A stretch of DNA of 64,000 bases from contig CAWJAX010000003.1 of NCBI GenBank assembly GCA_963841015.1, forward strand, positions 448,001 through 512,000, written 5' to 3'. Source of the stretch: an uncultured Methanoregulaceae archaeon (lineage in GTDB: Archaea; Halobacteriota; Methanomicrobia; Methanomicrobiales; Methanospirillaceae). The position numbers and the translations under genes are program-made. The notes under the pieces were generated by a model. That model worked only from the letters and a program-made list of their open reading frames with translations. It was not told where the DNA came from and did not search any database. Shown in pieces: positions 20,394-30,885 of this stretch (its first letter is position 1; each line of letters begins with the position of its first letter).

Positions 20394-21666
20394 ACCTGCA
20401 GCAGTTCCGATCGCGATTGCCGGTGTAAGCCATCACACGGCAAATGTTACTGCCCTCGAAACATTCCGCTTTCCAGACGAACCCGAATTCCTCAATAAAG
20501 CCGGTCAACGGTTCAAAGGGGTTCTCCTGCTCCAGACATGTAACCGTGTCGAGTTGATCGTTGAAGGAGATGCAGATGATCTCAGGGATTTCCTTACTAA
20601 ACAGGGAAGACAGGATTTCTTCATGCACAGCGGGAAAGGGGCACTTTGCCATCTCTTCAGCCTTGCATCCGGTATAGACTCGATGATTGTTGGTGAAGAC
20701 CAGATCCTCGGGCAGCTGAAAAAATCTCTTGCCGATGCACAGGAAGCCGGAACTGCAAGCAACATCCTCGAATTCTGCATCAACAAAGCAGTACACGTGG
20801 GGATCGAAGTGCGTAAACGCACCATGATCAACCGTGGGGCAGTCTCCGTGGGGTCTGCGGCGGTACTGCTTGCTGAATCCCAGATCGGGAGTCTTGAAGG
20901 CAAACATATCCTCGTCGTAGGAAGTGGAGAAATGGGGATGCTGGTCGCCCAGGCACTTGCAGCAAAGGACTTAACAGCCATGTATGTGGCAAACCGTACC
21001 TACGGCCGGGCAGTTGTCCTTGCTGACAAAATCGGGGGAAAGGCTGTGCGGCTGTCCGAACTCTACCATTATATCACGCTGTCAGATGTTGTGATCTCCT
21101 GCACATCTGCCCCCCACCCGGTCATCCATACAAAAGAGCTGGAGCTGGCGATGAAAAACCGGTGCTGGCCGGTTGAAGGACATCCCCGCCCACTGATACT
21201 GATTGATATCGCCCAGCCCCGGGATATCGAGGACGGGGCATCGACCATCGATGGTATCCGCCTTTTTTCTATCGATAACCTTCGCACGATAAATGAGCAG
21301 ACCATGAGCACACGGAAAGCAGAGGCTGAGCGGGCTCGTGAGTTCGTGGATATGGAACTCGAAGTTTTCCTCCGTCACCTCAACCGGAAATCTGCTGATG
21401 ACCTGCTCGCCGCACTGCACACATGGGCTGAAGCCGTGCGGATCCGTGAACGGGATCGGGCACTCGCCCGATTTGGTTGTCCCGACACAAAAACGGCAGA
21501 GATTGTTGATGACCTGACCCGGGTTCTTGCAAAAAAACTTCTTACCGATGCAACCTTTTCTATCCGTGAGAGTGCTGAGGAGGGAGAACTTGCAGCTGCA
21601 AAGGCACTGGTAAAAGCAATCATGCAGGGAGACAGGATCGGGATCGAACTATGCCGCAGGGAATAA
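20386..21666 (+). CDS. hemA: Glutamyl-tRNA reductase
   Basis: LQTCNRVE, SGIDSMIVGEDQILGQ, VVGSGEMG, DIAQPRDIE. Confidence 0.96.
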   Translation: MNEPAAVPIAIAGVSHHTANVTALETFRFPDEPEFLNKAGQRFKGVLLLQTCNRVELIVEGDADDLRDFLTKQGRQDFFMHSGKGALCHLFSLASGIDSMIVGEDQILGQLKKSLADAQEAGTASNILEFCINKAVHVGIEVRKRTMINRGAVSVGSAAVLLAESQIGSLEGKHILVVGSGEMGMLVAQALAAKDLTAMYVANRTYGRAVVLADKIGGKAVRLSELYHYITLSDVVISCTSAPHPVIHTKELELAMKNRCWPVEGHPRPLILIDIAQPRDIEDGASTIDGIRLFSIDNLRTINEQTMSTRKAEAERAREFVDMELEVFLRHLNRKSADDLLAALHTWAEAVRIRERDRALARFGCPDTKTAEIVDDLTRVLAKKLLTDATFSIRESAEEGELAAAKALVKAIMQGDRIGIELCRRE

Positions 21667-21862
21667 TCAGCTTCCGCGTTTTCTCATCTTAAAATCCGGT
21701 ATGACGGGATAGTCCCATCATCAGAAAAACTCTTCACCTGATACGGAATGCTTCGCGATGAGTGACTATTTTTGACCCGGTGCAGACCGGATCCTCATCA
21801 AAAAAGACGGGTACTAATCCCTTACACAACTCGGGAGTGAAGGGAATATACTGCATATTGTG

Positions 21863-22504
21863 TCAGGGAATCTTAGCATACGCTTTTTGTGCAAGGCTGG
21901 CAAGAGTTGCATAGTCAGCCCCTTCACCGGTCATACGGAGCACCTCAAGGATGTCACCTTTCGAAAAGATAATCTCGACAAAGTCCTGCTGAACCGTTCC
22001 CTCACCCGAACCGGGACCCGGCAGATTCCCGGAGACGGGTTCCGGAATTATGATGGTGTGTGCAGTTCCTGAGAAAGCCTGGCTGTAGCTGCCGAGAGCC
22101 GGGGAAGAAAGGTTAGAAAATATCATAGTATTGTCGGATCGTTCCTGTTTTTCTGCAAGTGCAGCTATGGCGGGAATATTTTTTGCAGGATAACGGGTGA
22201 CAGTCTGAAGAATCTCAATCTGGCCGGAAATTCCCTCAGGGGGACGGGTAAAACGCACGACATATCCCTGCTGCCAGCCGAGATCCCGTGCGAGCTTACT
22301 TACTTCAGGGGAGTTTTTCACCCTGCTCTCGCGAAGGGTAAAATTTTGTGGGATCTCTGAAGGGGTCAGGACCAGCGATTCAAGGGTTATCTGTTCAGGA
22401 GTTGATGGGGCGGGGGCCGCTGTCCCGGCAAGCCCCGTACATCCCGTTGCAAGAACGAGTGAACAGACAAGAATTGCAATGATCAAACCCCGGGAACTGC
22501 TCAT
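21863..22504 (-). CDS. Putative lipoprotein
   Basis: Signal peptide with lipobox-like LATGC; no known domain. Confidence 0.7.
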   Translation of the reverse strand: MSSSRGLIIAILVCSLVLATGCTGLAGTAAPAPSTPEQITLESLVLTPSEIPQNFTLRESRVKNSPEVSKLARDLGWQQGYVVRFTRPPEGISGQIEILQTVTRYPAKNIPAIAALAEKQERSDNTMIFSNLSSPALGSYSQAFSGTAHTIIIPEPVSGNLPGPGSGEGTVQQDFVEIIFSKGDILEVLRMTGEGADYATLASLAQKAYAKIP

Positions 22505-22601
22505 TTGTTATGATCATTTAGGTTACTACAAAAATATGTCCATTTTGTTTCCTGCAGTTTGTTGCTCCGATTATCTCCGCATTAAGAACAGACTATTTCT
22601 G

Positions 22602-22932
22602 TGTTCTGGAGAAATGAGCATAAACTGATCGGGTTCACACACAAACCATGAAAATCGTAATGTATATGTTGGAACCCCGCTTCAGGGCCTCTTTAGAGGC
22701 ACGGCGGGCAGGGGTTTTTTTTGAATTGTTTGTTCCAGATCCACCGCGGGGGCGACCCTTCGGGGGCGGTGGCGATCATCGTACATGGAGGTGTGTTAAA
22801 AAAAACTCGTATCATAACTGAATAGTTCGATTTTCATGGGAAATGCTCAATTACATGCTAAACGCTCAAGGGGGTTTCACCCCCGCCGCTTGTTTGCCTG
22901 AGTCCGTGACTAATGTGCGTTTCTACAGAGCC
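22602..22932 (+). mobile_element. MITE family 1, internally deleted copy with perfect 8-bp TSD
   Basis: Ends TGTTCTGGAGAA...TTCTACAGAGCC; TATTTCTG at 22594-22601 and 22933-22940; similar to 17040 copy over ~290 bp. Confidence 0.85.
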
Positions 22933-23186
22933 TATTTCTGTTCCTGCTCTGAGCCCCTGATGCAATAGTATGCTTTTTTGAGTCCCAGGACTGGTTTGAG
23001 CGGACAAGCCGGGCAGACGCATCCCTTTTTATCAAAGGTGCAGGTCGGGCTTTTTCCCGTTACACAGAATAAGAGTTCATCTCCAGCCCGCATGCACTCA
23101 TTATATGTCGGGCACGGTTCACAGATACACCTGGCCCGGTTCTGTTCATTGTTGTTGATGTCGTTTTGCATATTTTTTAGCTCCAT
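22932..23186 (-). CDS. DUF2769-type Cys-rich small protein
   Basis: CICEPCPTYNEC..LFC..GKS..C....GCVCPACP....YYC. Confidence 0.8.
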   Translation of the reverse strand: MELKNMQNDINNNEQNRARCICEPCPTYNECMRAGDELLFCVTGKSPTCTFDKKGCVCPACPLKPVLGLKKAYYCIRGSEQEQK

Positions 23187-23279
23187 GCTCCGGCATTCAC
23201 TCCCCCAGGATTAAGGATGCGCAGTTCCGGAGAGTTAGATCAATAAGTAGATTATCGCGGGCTCCTTGATAATTAAATC

Positions 23280-24014
23280 ATGCCTGCACCACTGGTTGGA
23301 CGAAAATTTGGTGTCACGGTCATCCCACCGCTGGACCCCGAAAAACGAAAGGGAATCCGCGTGCTCGGGCTCTCGGGTTCGAGCCGGCAGCAACCCGGGA
23401 TGAGTAAATCCGAGCGTCTCCTCCTCCGAGCGCTCGAGGTGTACAAAGAATATGGTTGCAAGACCACGTTTCTCAGGTTAAAAGATCTCAACATCCACGA
23501 TTGCGAGGGCAACTATTCTGAAAATCCTGCTTACTGTACGTATCCATGCCAAAGCTCGCTGAAGTACGAAGATGACCAGATGCAACTGGTGTATGACGCA
23601 GTACTCGCGTGCGACATCCTGATCCTCGCAACCCCAATCCGCTGGAATAACCACTCCGCGATAGTCCAGAAATTTGTGGAGCGGATGAATGCCATTGAGA
23701 ACCAGTACTCATGGTTCGGGAACCGGATGATCGATAATAAAGTCGCCGCCATGATCATTGTGGGCCATGTTGACGGTGTGCAGCATGTGGCAGGTAATCT
23801 CATGAATTTTTTTTCGTGGCTCGGGTTTCACACCCCGGAGGTTGCTATTGCATCCTGGGTCGGCGAGAATGATGAGGATACCACCAAAGACTGGGATCAG
23901 ATCGAGAGTAACCGGTACACAAAAGAGGACCTCAGCAACCTGATCACAAGCGCGTTGAGGCTTGCGTATGCACTCAAGCACCATACCGCAGAAGAAACCG
24001 GAGGAAGTGTCTAA
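23280..24014 (+). CDS. Flavodoxin-like / NADPH-FMN reductase (iron-sulfur flavoprotein-related)
   Basis: VLGLSGSSR, IHDCEG..C.YPC, DDQM, ILATPIRWNN. Confidence 0.85.
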   Translation: MPAPLVGRKFGVTVIPPLDPEKRKGIRVLGLSGSSRQQPGMSKSERLLLRALEVYKEYGCKTTFLRLKDLNIHDCEGNYSENPAYCTYPCQSSLKYEDDQMQLVYDAVLACDILILATPIRWNNHSAIVQKFVERMNAIENQYSWFGNRMIDNKVAAMIIVGHVDGVQHVAGNLMNFFSWLGFHTPEVAIASWVGENDEDTTKDWDQIESNRYTKEDLSNLITSALRLAYALKHHTAEETGGSV

Positions 24015-24166
24015 AAAAGCAGCCGGTTTTCGTTACTCGTTGTATCACAAAAACAATTGTCGCCACATTTTCGATGAAGAATTTTTCCCTCTAAGAAAAA
24101 CATGATTGAGAGATTTCCCAAAAAAAAAATATTTTTGATAACGTGTATCTGTTTGGAGTAAATGCC

Positions 24167-24430
24167 ATGGAATGTAAAAAATGCGGGGCGTGTTGCCGGG
24201 TGATAGTACTCCAGCACAGCAACCCCACAAAAAAAAGTTTGGAGTATTACCGGGCAAGGGGTTGGACATTTGATCCTGTCAATGAACTGGTCTGGATTCC
24301 TTCTGTATGCCCGCATCTTCTTGAGAACAACACCTGCAATATTTATGAAAACAGGCCTAAACAATGCAGGCTCTATCCCACCAGGACACCAGGATTAGTA
24401 GTTCCGCCCGGTTGTGCATTTGAAAAATAA
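24167..24430 (+). CDS. YkgJ-family CxxCxxCC cysteine-cluster protein
   Basis: ECKKCGACC...CPHL...CNIYENRPKQCRLYP; GGAG RBS. Confidence 0.85.
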   Translation: MECKKCGACCRVIVLQHSNPTKKSLEYYRARGWTFDPVNELVWIPSVCPHLLENNTCNIYENRPKQCRLYPTRTPGLVVPPGCAFEK

Positions 24431-24617
24431 ATTCCTTTTTTTTATTTTAATCCACTTTTTTATCCAGGTTCCAAGGGTGAACTCTCTTCGGTTATCAGAA
24501 TCCAACCGGGGAATTCAGGCATTTATATTCGCTTTTTTTTAAAAAATGCCTTGCACCGGTGCCTTGCCAGACTTTATTATTTCATCTGAAGAGGTAACCG
24601 GTTGAGGATTTTTAAAA

Positions 24618-24842
24618 ATGGTAACATCAGTACCCAAACCTGGCAGGGTGCTCGCAAAATGCCTGAACTGCGGGGTTATCTTCAGCGTCAGTAAACCTGA
24701 ATACCGTATGCGGACACAGAACAGCGAACAACCAGGTCTCTTCCATATACGTAAGTGCATGGATGAGTACCGGGAAAACCATAAAACGGCAAATGCGATG
24801 AAACAGCGAATACTGGAACTCAACAAACGAGGGAAACAATAA
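24618..24842 (+). CDS. Small hypothetical protein with CxxC (possible Zn ribbon)
   Basis: GAGG RBS, KCLNCG..F, HxxxC; T-rich tract after stop. Confidence 0.5.
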   Translation: MVTSVPKPGRVLAKCLNCGVIFSVSKPEYRMRTQNSEQPGLFHIRKCMDEYRENHKTANAMKQRILELNKRGKQ

Positions 24843-25004
24843 TCGTGTTTTTTTGACGTGTGCCTCAAACACCAGAGATGAAAAAAAGGGTATAGTGCCA
24901 TTTTAACTACCAACTCGTAAAGGAAATAACGAGAGAAAAAACAATCAGAAAAGTGTTCTAAAAATTCAGGATGAAAAAGTGTTCCTGTTCAAAGGACCAA
25001 AAAC

Positions 25005-25050
25005 GCAGACGCTCAAAGGGGCTTCGCCCCGCCACTATGGTGCCCCGGTT
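25005..25050 (+). repeat. MITE family 1 fragment (module B start)
   Basis: GACGCTCAAAGGGGCTTCGCCCCGCCACTATGG vs AACGCTCAAAGGGGTTTCACTCCCACCGCTGTGG at ~17305. Confidence 0.55.
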
Positions 25051-25181
25051 GTGATGGCGTTATATACCCCATGATCAGGTATACCGGTAATACAGATGAA
25101 TCGCCAATGTGTTTGTCGTGGTGAGAACGGGCATACACATTAATCCGGAGGCATCGGATTGCACATCGGGTCAGAGGAATA

Positions 25182-25637
25182 TCAGGATCTGACCACCATC
25201 GTCGTAACTTTGCCATGGGTAACCACATATGAACTGACACTCCCACTCAGCAGACGATCAATACTGCCCTTCCCATGAGAACCAATAACGATGAGATCTG
25301 ATTTTTCCTGTTCTGCAAGAGAAATAATCTCGCTTCCTGCATCTCCATATTTCATGTGAGGAATAAGAGTAATTCCTTTTTCGGCACAGTATTTTTTTGC
25401 TTTTTCAAGGACCTCTGCTCCCTCTGATTCTTCCGCTTTTTCTATAACCCGATTCATTTCAAAGGTAGTATCCATCCCGTAGGTCTGGTCAATGGGAAGT
25501 GAATTAAACTGGGGTGTCTCGGCTGTATATATGGCCTGAATCTTTGCATTCCATATTCTGGCCTGATCAACGGCCTGGACAAGCGCGATATCGCTTATTT
25601 TTGTTCCATCAAGTGCGACAAGTATGTTGGTAAACAC
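25182..25637 (-). CDS. Universal stress protein (paralogue of 37957-38391)
   Basis: FTNILVALDG, DLIVIGSHGKG..DRLLSGSVS. Confidence 0.92.
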   Translation of the reverse strand: MFTNILVALDGTKISDIALVQAVDQARIWNAKIQAIYTAETPQFNSLPIDQTYGMDTTFEMNRVIEKAEESEGAEVLEKAKKYCAEKGITLIPHMKYGDAGSEIISLAEQEKSDLIVIGSHGKGSIDRLLSGSVSSYVVTHGKVTTMVVRS

Positions 25638-26095
25638 TGGCTACCCCTCCGGACTACCATGATTTTTTTATTGGATTAACACATTAAAAACCGTTATAAC
25701 AAATTAAGGTGTCGGAAATTCGTTTTACCAGCGGGACTATTCGATCCTTGCTGACGTATGAAGGTGTCCCTGCAATCAGTCGGATATGATGCATCAAAAG
25801 GAACTGTTCCAATTTTTTAAGGACAATTGTGTTCTTCCACATTTCATTCCCTATATTTCCTGATACATCATGTCACGGTTCAATGGGCGTTTTGCAGAGT
25901 AAGCTACGCTTGCACTATGATGCAAAAAACACGTGCTTTTAATACTTCCAAAAAAGATATTGGTTGACATTCTGTCGCATTTTGAGGAGAATAAGGTTAT
26001 TTGATAACACCGTTGACCAGGTGGGAAAATAGCCATAAATACAATGGATTTAAGAAAAAGGTACACAATCATACCCCAGGAGATGGAATCAGAAC

Positions 26096-27079
26096 ATGTT
26101 TCCCCAGCGAAGGATGAGGCGGTCGAGATCACGTACTATCCAGCCGCTCCTGTGTGAAATTACTTTATCGAAAAACGATCTCATCGCCCCGCTCTTTGTC
26201 GATGAGACTATCACTACTCCGCTTCCTATTCAATCGATGCCCGGCCAGTTCCGCTACCCTTTGAGCGGTATTGCCGATGTAGCAGCAGAGTTGTGGAAAC
26301 GCGGGATTCGGGCAATCCTGATCTTCGGTATTCCGAAGGATAAAGATCCTTTGGGTTGTTCGGCTTATCATGTGGAGGGAGTTGTACAGCAGGCCGTCTC
26401 CCTGGTAAAAGCGAACGTTAAAGGGATGGTCGTCATCACCGATGTCTGCGCCTGTGAGTATACCGACCATGGTCACTGCGGGATTGTCGGGGATACGCGG
26501 TGCGGCCCGGATCTTCTCAATGATCCATCACTTGAACTGATGAATAAAATCGCAATAAGCCATGCAGAGAGTGGTGCTGATATCGTTGCACCGTCGTGCA
26601 TGCTCGATGGCATGGTCGGTTCCATCCGGGCTGCGCTGGATGATGCCGGCTTTGAAGATGTCCTGATCATGTCCTACTCGACAAAGTTCGCCTCTGCCCT
26701 CTATGGGCCATTCCGTGAAGCTGCAGATTCAGGGTTCTTGTTCGGTGACCGCACCACATACCAGATCCACCCCGGCAACAGCAGGGAGGCAATTTTAGAA
26801 TCGCAGATGGATGCTGATGAAGGAGCCGACCTCCTGATGGTGAAGCCGGCAGGGCTCTACCTCGATATTCTTGCTGGGATCGCAACGCTTGGTCTCCCGG
26901 TCGCCGCTTATCAGGTAAGTGGTGAATATGCCATGATCAAGTGTGCAGCGGAGCGCGGCTGGATCCGGGAAAAGGAGACTGTGCTGGAGAGCCTGATATC
27001 CATCAAACGTGCCGGGGCTTCACTGATCATCACCTATTTTGCAGGCGATGTCGCCGGGTGGCTGGATGAAAAGCAGTGA
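26096..27079 (+). CDS. hemB: Porphobilinogen synthase
   Basis: [46 protein letters not shown]. Confidence 0.97.
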   Translation: MFPQRRMRRSRSRTIQPLLCEITLSKNDLIAPLFVDETITTPLPIQSMPGQFRYPLSGIADVAAELWKRGIRAILIFGIPKDKDPLGCSAYHVEGVVQQAVSLVKANVKGMVVITDVCACEYTDHGHCGIVGDTRCGPDLLNDPSLELMNKIAISHAESGADIVAPSCMLDGMVGSIRAALDDAGFEDVLIMSYSTKFASALYGPFREAADSGFLFGDRTTYQIHPGNSREAILESQMDADEGADLLMVKPAGLYLDILAGIATLGLPVAAYQVSGEYAMIKCAAERGWIREKETVLESLISIKRAGASLIITYFAGDVAGWLDEKQ

Positions 27080-28313
27080 CTTGTTTTCTATGGCCAAAAA
27101 CCTGATGCCCGGCGGTGTCAGCAGTCCCGTGCGGGCAATTAAGCCATACCCGTTTTACACTGAGCATGCAACCGGGTCACACATAATGACGGTTGACGGT
27201 ACCGACCTTATTGACTGCTGCATGGCATACGGTCCGCTTATCCTCGGGCATGCCCATCCTCACATAAGAAAAGCGATCGAAGCGCAGCTGAAGAACGGCT
27301 GGCTGTTCGGAACTCCCGCACCGCAGGAACCGGCTTTTGCAAAAATTATTACGGGTGATCATAAGGGCATGGATATGGTACGGTTCGTATCGAGCGGTTC
27401 TGAAGCAACAATGGCAGTGATCCGGCTTGCACGAGGTTTTACCGGAAAAAAAGATATTGTAAAGATCGAGGGGGGGTTCCATGGGGCTCATGATGCAGTG
27501 CTGGTCAAAGCCGGATCGGGCGCAACAACCATGGGTGTACCGGATTCTGCCGGTGTGCTTGCAGATCTGGTAGCCCATACACGGCAGGTGCCCTACAATG
27601 ATCCTGAAGCGCTGGAATCACTTCTTACGGCGCACCCGGATGTTGCAGCACTCATCATTGAACCGGTTCTTGGCAACATCGGACCAATAATACCTGAGGA
27701 CAACTACTTACAGGATATACGGGAGATCACCCGGGCACACGAAGTTCTCCTGATTTTTGATGAAGTAATCACCGGTTACCGGCTCGGTATTGGCGGAGCA
27801 CAGGAGATGTATGGCGTAAAGCCGGATCTCACCACGCTGGGAAAAATTATTGGCGGGGGACTTCCGATCGGCGCATTCGGGGGAAGGCGTGAGATCATGG
27901 AAATGGTTGCTCCGCAGGGTCCGGTCTACCAGGCCGGCACCTTTTCGGGAAATCCGCTTTCGCTCACAGCTGGCCTCGCCACCCTGCAATGGCTGCATGA
28001 CCATCACACTATCTATGACGATCTCGATGAAAAGACCCGGGCACTGGAAGAGTCTCTTGGAGGTACAACAGGGGGTTCATTTGTCCGCCTCGGTTCAATG
28101 TTCAAATGGTTCTTCCGCAATGAGCCGCCGAAAAACTACCGCGAGGTAAAAGAGTGTGACACTGCATCATTTGGCCGGTTCTGGAAGAGGATGCTGGATG
28201 CCGGTGTCTTCCTTCCCCCTTCCCAGTTTGAGACGAATTTCCTCTCATCAGCGCACAGCGATCAGGATCTTACCACTCTTTCACGGGCGTATACTCAATG
28301 GTTATCAGAATAG
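27066..28313 (+). CDS. hemL: Glutamate-1-semialdehyde 2,1-aminomutase
   Basis: [37 protein letters not shown]. Confidence 0.97.
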   Translation: MKSSDLFSMAKNLMPGGVSSPVRAIKPYPFYTEHATGSHIMTVDGTDLIDCCMAYGPLILGHAHPHIRKAIEAQLKNGWLFGTPAPQEPAFAKIITGDHKGMDMVRFVSSGSEATMAVIRLARGFTGKKDIVKIEGGFHGAHDAVLVKAGSGATTMGVPDSAGVLADLVAHTRQVPYNDPEALESLLTAHPDVAALIIEPVLGNIGPIIPEDNYLQDIREITRAHEVLLIFDEVITGYRLGIGGAQEMYGVKPDLTTLGKIIGGGLPIGAFGGRREIMEMVAPQGPVYQAGTFSGNPLSLTAGLATLQWLHDHHTIYDDLDEKTRALEESLGGTTGGSFVRLGSMFKWFFRNEPPKNYREVKECDTASFGRFWKRMLDAGVFLPPSQFETNFLSSAHSDQDLTTLSRAYTQWLSE

Positions 28314-29188
28314 GAACCCGGGGGAGTAAGCTGGCACTCGCCCAGACTGCGACGGTCTGCAAAAAATTATCCGCGCTCGGCATACGCAGCGAGCAGGTAA
28401 TTATTGCCACCCAGGGAGATACCTCAACGGGCGTTCCGCTTCACGAGATAGGGGGGCAGGGGGTCTTTGTACGGGCTCTTGATGACGCGATCCTTGCAGG
28501 GGACATTGATTGTGCTGTGCACAGTATGAAAGACATTCCCGCGTTCCGCCCGAGCGGGCTTGTTACTGCAGCCGTACTCAAACGTGATTCAGCAGCTGAC
28601 TATTTTGCCTACAACGGTTCCCTGGATGCGGTAAAAGTGATCGGGACCTCCAGCACCCGCAGGCGTGCCCAGCTGCTTCGCCACGATCCTGACATTTCCA
28701 TACAAGATCTCAGGGGTAATGTCGATACCCGGATCCGGAAGTTGACTGCCGGAGAATTCGATGCCATTGTCCTGGCAGAAGCCGGACTGGCCCGGCTTGG
28801 TATCCGTATCCCGGGCGAGCGCTTCCCCCCGGAAAAATTTGTCCCGGCACCCAACCAGGGCACGATAGCTGTTGTCAGCCGGGCAGATCCTTCCCTGAGG
28901 GAAGGCCTCTCTACCATTGACCATGCAGAGACCCGAACAGATGTGGCAATTGAACGGGCAGTGATGGAACAGCTTGGTGGGGGGTGTTTCACACCTCTGG
29001 GCATCTACTGCCACGAAGGGCACCTGATCGCAGAAGTTCTCTCGCTTGACGGAACACGCACCGAGAGAATCGAATCCGACGTGCAGAGTATTGAACAGGC
29101 TCGTGAACAGGGAAGGCAACTTCATGTCCGGGCAAAGGAGCTGATTGATGATGCATATCAAAAACTGGGGATAAGGCATGATCGGTAA
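28298..29188 (+). CDS. hemC: Hydroxymethylbilane synthase
   Basis: [38 protein letters not shown]. Confidence 0.97.
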   Translation: MVIRIGTRGSKLALAQTATVCKKLSALGIRSEQVIIATQGDTSTGVPLHEIGGQGVFVRALDDAILAGDIDCAVHSMKDIPAFRPSGLVTAAVLKRDSAADYFAYNGSLDAVKVIGTSSTRRRAQLLRHDPDISIQDLRGNVDTRIRKLTAGEFDAIVLAEAGLARLGIRIPGERFPPEKFVPAPNQGTIAVVSRADPSLREGLSTIDHAETRTDVAIERAVMEQLGGGCFTPLGIYCHEGHLIAEVLSLDGTRTERIESDVQSIEQAREQGRQLHVRAKELIDDAYQKLGIRHDR

Positions 29189-29945
29189 AGTATACCTGGT
29201 TGGATCCGGTCCCGGAGGAGAAGGACTGCTAACCCTGCGGGCACGACGAGTAATTGATGCCGCTGATGTCGTTTTATTTGACCAGTTGCCCGGGGAGGAG
29301 ATCCTTGCATCGTTACCCCCGGGAGCCGAAAAGATTGACTGCGGCAAATACGGGGGGAAACACACCCTCGAGCAGGACGAGATCGAAGCCCTGATTGTTG
29401 ACCGGGCGAAGCAGGGCAGGAACGTGGTCAGGCTCAAAGGTGGCGATCCCTTCCTGTTCGGCAGAGGTGGAGAGGAACTGGAAGCTGTCCGCAGCGCCGG
29501 TATACCTGTTGAGATGGTACCGGGAGTGAGCAGTGCGCTGGCTGTTCCGGCATCCGTAGGAATTCCCCTCACCCACCGCAAATATGCCTCACAGGTTACT
29601 ATCCTCACCGGCAATGAAGACCCGACCAAGCCCGAGCCGGCACTGGACTGGCAGCTGCTTGCCCGGAGCAGGGGCACCATTGTGATCCTGATGGGTGTGG
29701 CTAACCTTGGCAAGATTGCCGAAGTACTTATCAGGAATGGCAAAGCAGGCAGTACCATGGTTGCCATCATTGAACGGGGACTGCGCAAAGACCGGCGGGT
29801 GACTACCGGGTCACTTGCAACCATTGCTGAAGTTGCCAAAAAAAAGGGTATTCAACCTCCTGCGGTAATCGTGATCGGCGATGTAGTAAAGTTATATAAT
29901 CCGGATAATCCTGACCTGATACCTGTTGAGGGAAAATTGCTATGA
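29178..29945 (+). CDS. cobA: Uroporphyrinogen-III C-methyltransferase
   Basis: VYLVGSGPG, RLKGGDPFLFGRGGEE, VPGVSS, GIPLTHR. Confidence 0.96.
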   Translation: MIGKVYLVGSGPGGEGLLTLRARRVIDAADVVLFDQLPGEEILASLPPGAEKIDCGKYGGKHTLEQDEIEALIVDRAKQGRNVVRLKGGDPFLFGRGGEELEAVRSAGIPVEMVPGVSSALAVPASVGIPLTHRKYASQVTILTGNEDPTKPEPALDWQLLARSRGTIVILMGVANLGKIAEVLIRNGKAGSTMVAIIERGLRKDRRVTTGSLATIAEVAKKKGIQPPAVIVIGDVVKLYNPDNPDLIPVEGKLL

Positions 29946-30385
29946 TTGAGATTGTCAACAAATTCGAAAAAGGGATCTACGCGGTGCTCATGGTGCTGCT
30001 TATGGTGGTAATTGTTATATCCGTGATCGATCTGGCATTGATCCTGTATAAGTCCTGGGGAGCTACCCGGCTTTACATGCTGGAAACTTCGGTAATCATC
30101 ACCATACTGGGCGCTTTCCTGCTGGTGTTAATCTGTATCGAACTGCTGGATACCATCAAGGCGTACTTCTACGAAAACACCATCCATGTGGAGATTGTGA
30201 TTCTCCTTGCCATCATCGCAATATCCCGGAAGGTGATCCTGCTTGATCCTACCGGTATGAGCGGCATCGAATTCGGGGTTGAAATGATGGGGATCGGGGT
30301 GATTGTGATCTGTCTCGCGGCGGGGTATTATTTCCTGAAGAAGGCGGGGATCTCGACACGATCGGTTAAACCTGAAGAGAAATAA
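29942..30385 (+). CDS. PsiE-family membrane protein
   Basis: 4 TM; FLLVLICIELLDTIKAY, IIAISRKVI. Confidence 0.85.
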   Translation: MIEIVNKFEKGIYAVLMVLLMVVIVISVIDLALILYKSWGATRLYMLETSVIITILGAFLLVLICIELLDTIKAYFYENTIHVEIVILLAIIAISRKVILLDPTGMSGIEFGVEMMGIGVIVICLAAGYYFLKKAGISTRSVKPEEK

Positions 30386-30417
30386 CCGTGTTGACGGCAA
30401 AGATCTATTAATTTTTT

Positions 30418-30848
30418 GGCTCCGTAGAATTCCTGTTCTATCGATATGAAATTCAAGATGCTGGTACTATGACAGAGGGGACAGTGCCTCTTCCCCCATA
30501 CCGACCCTGCACTGAGCGATGATGACGTTGCATCTGTTCGGAATTTATCGCATCGGGGGAGCCACAGCGCAGGGGTGAAACCGCCTTGAGCGTATGCTTG
30601 CAATTGAGCATTTCCCATGGAAATTGAACTATTCAGGTAGGATGCGAGATTTTTTTCACACCCCTTCATGTACGACGATCACCTCCGCCGAAGGGTTGCC
30701 CCCAGCAGCGGATCAGGAACAAACAATTCAAAAAAACCCCTGCCCGCCGTGCCTCAGAGAGACCATGAGGAGGGGTTCCATCGTATACAGTACGATTTTC
30801 ATGGTTCGGGTGTAACCCCCAGAAATTCATGTCTGTTTCTCCAGAGTC
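30418..30848 (-). mobile_element. MITE family 1, full-length inverted copy
   Basis: GGCTCCGTAGAA...TTCTCCAGAGTC ends; ATTTTTT on both flanks; reverse complement aligns to 17040-17483. Confidence 0.8.
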
Positions 30849-30885
30849 ATTTTTTTATTGAAAAACTCTACCCAATTCCTTTACC

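Noticed and set aside
21630-26100. Loose similarity between the hemA 3' end and the hemB upstream region as an insertion-junction duplication
   Set aside because: Too short and gapped to distinguish from chance
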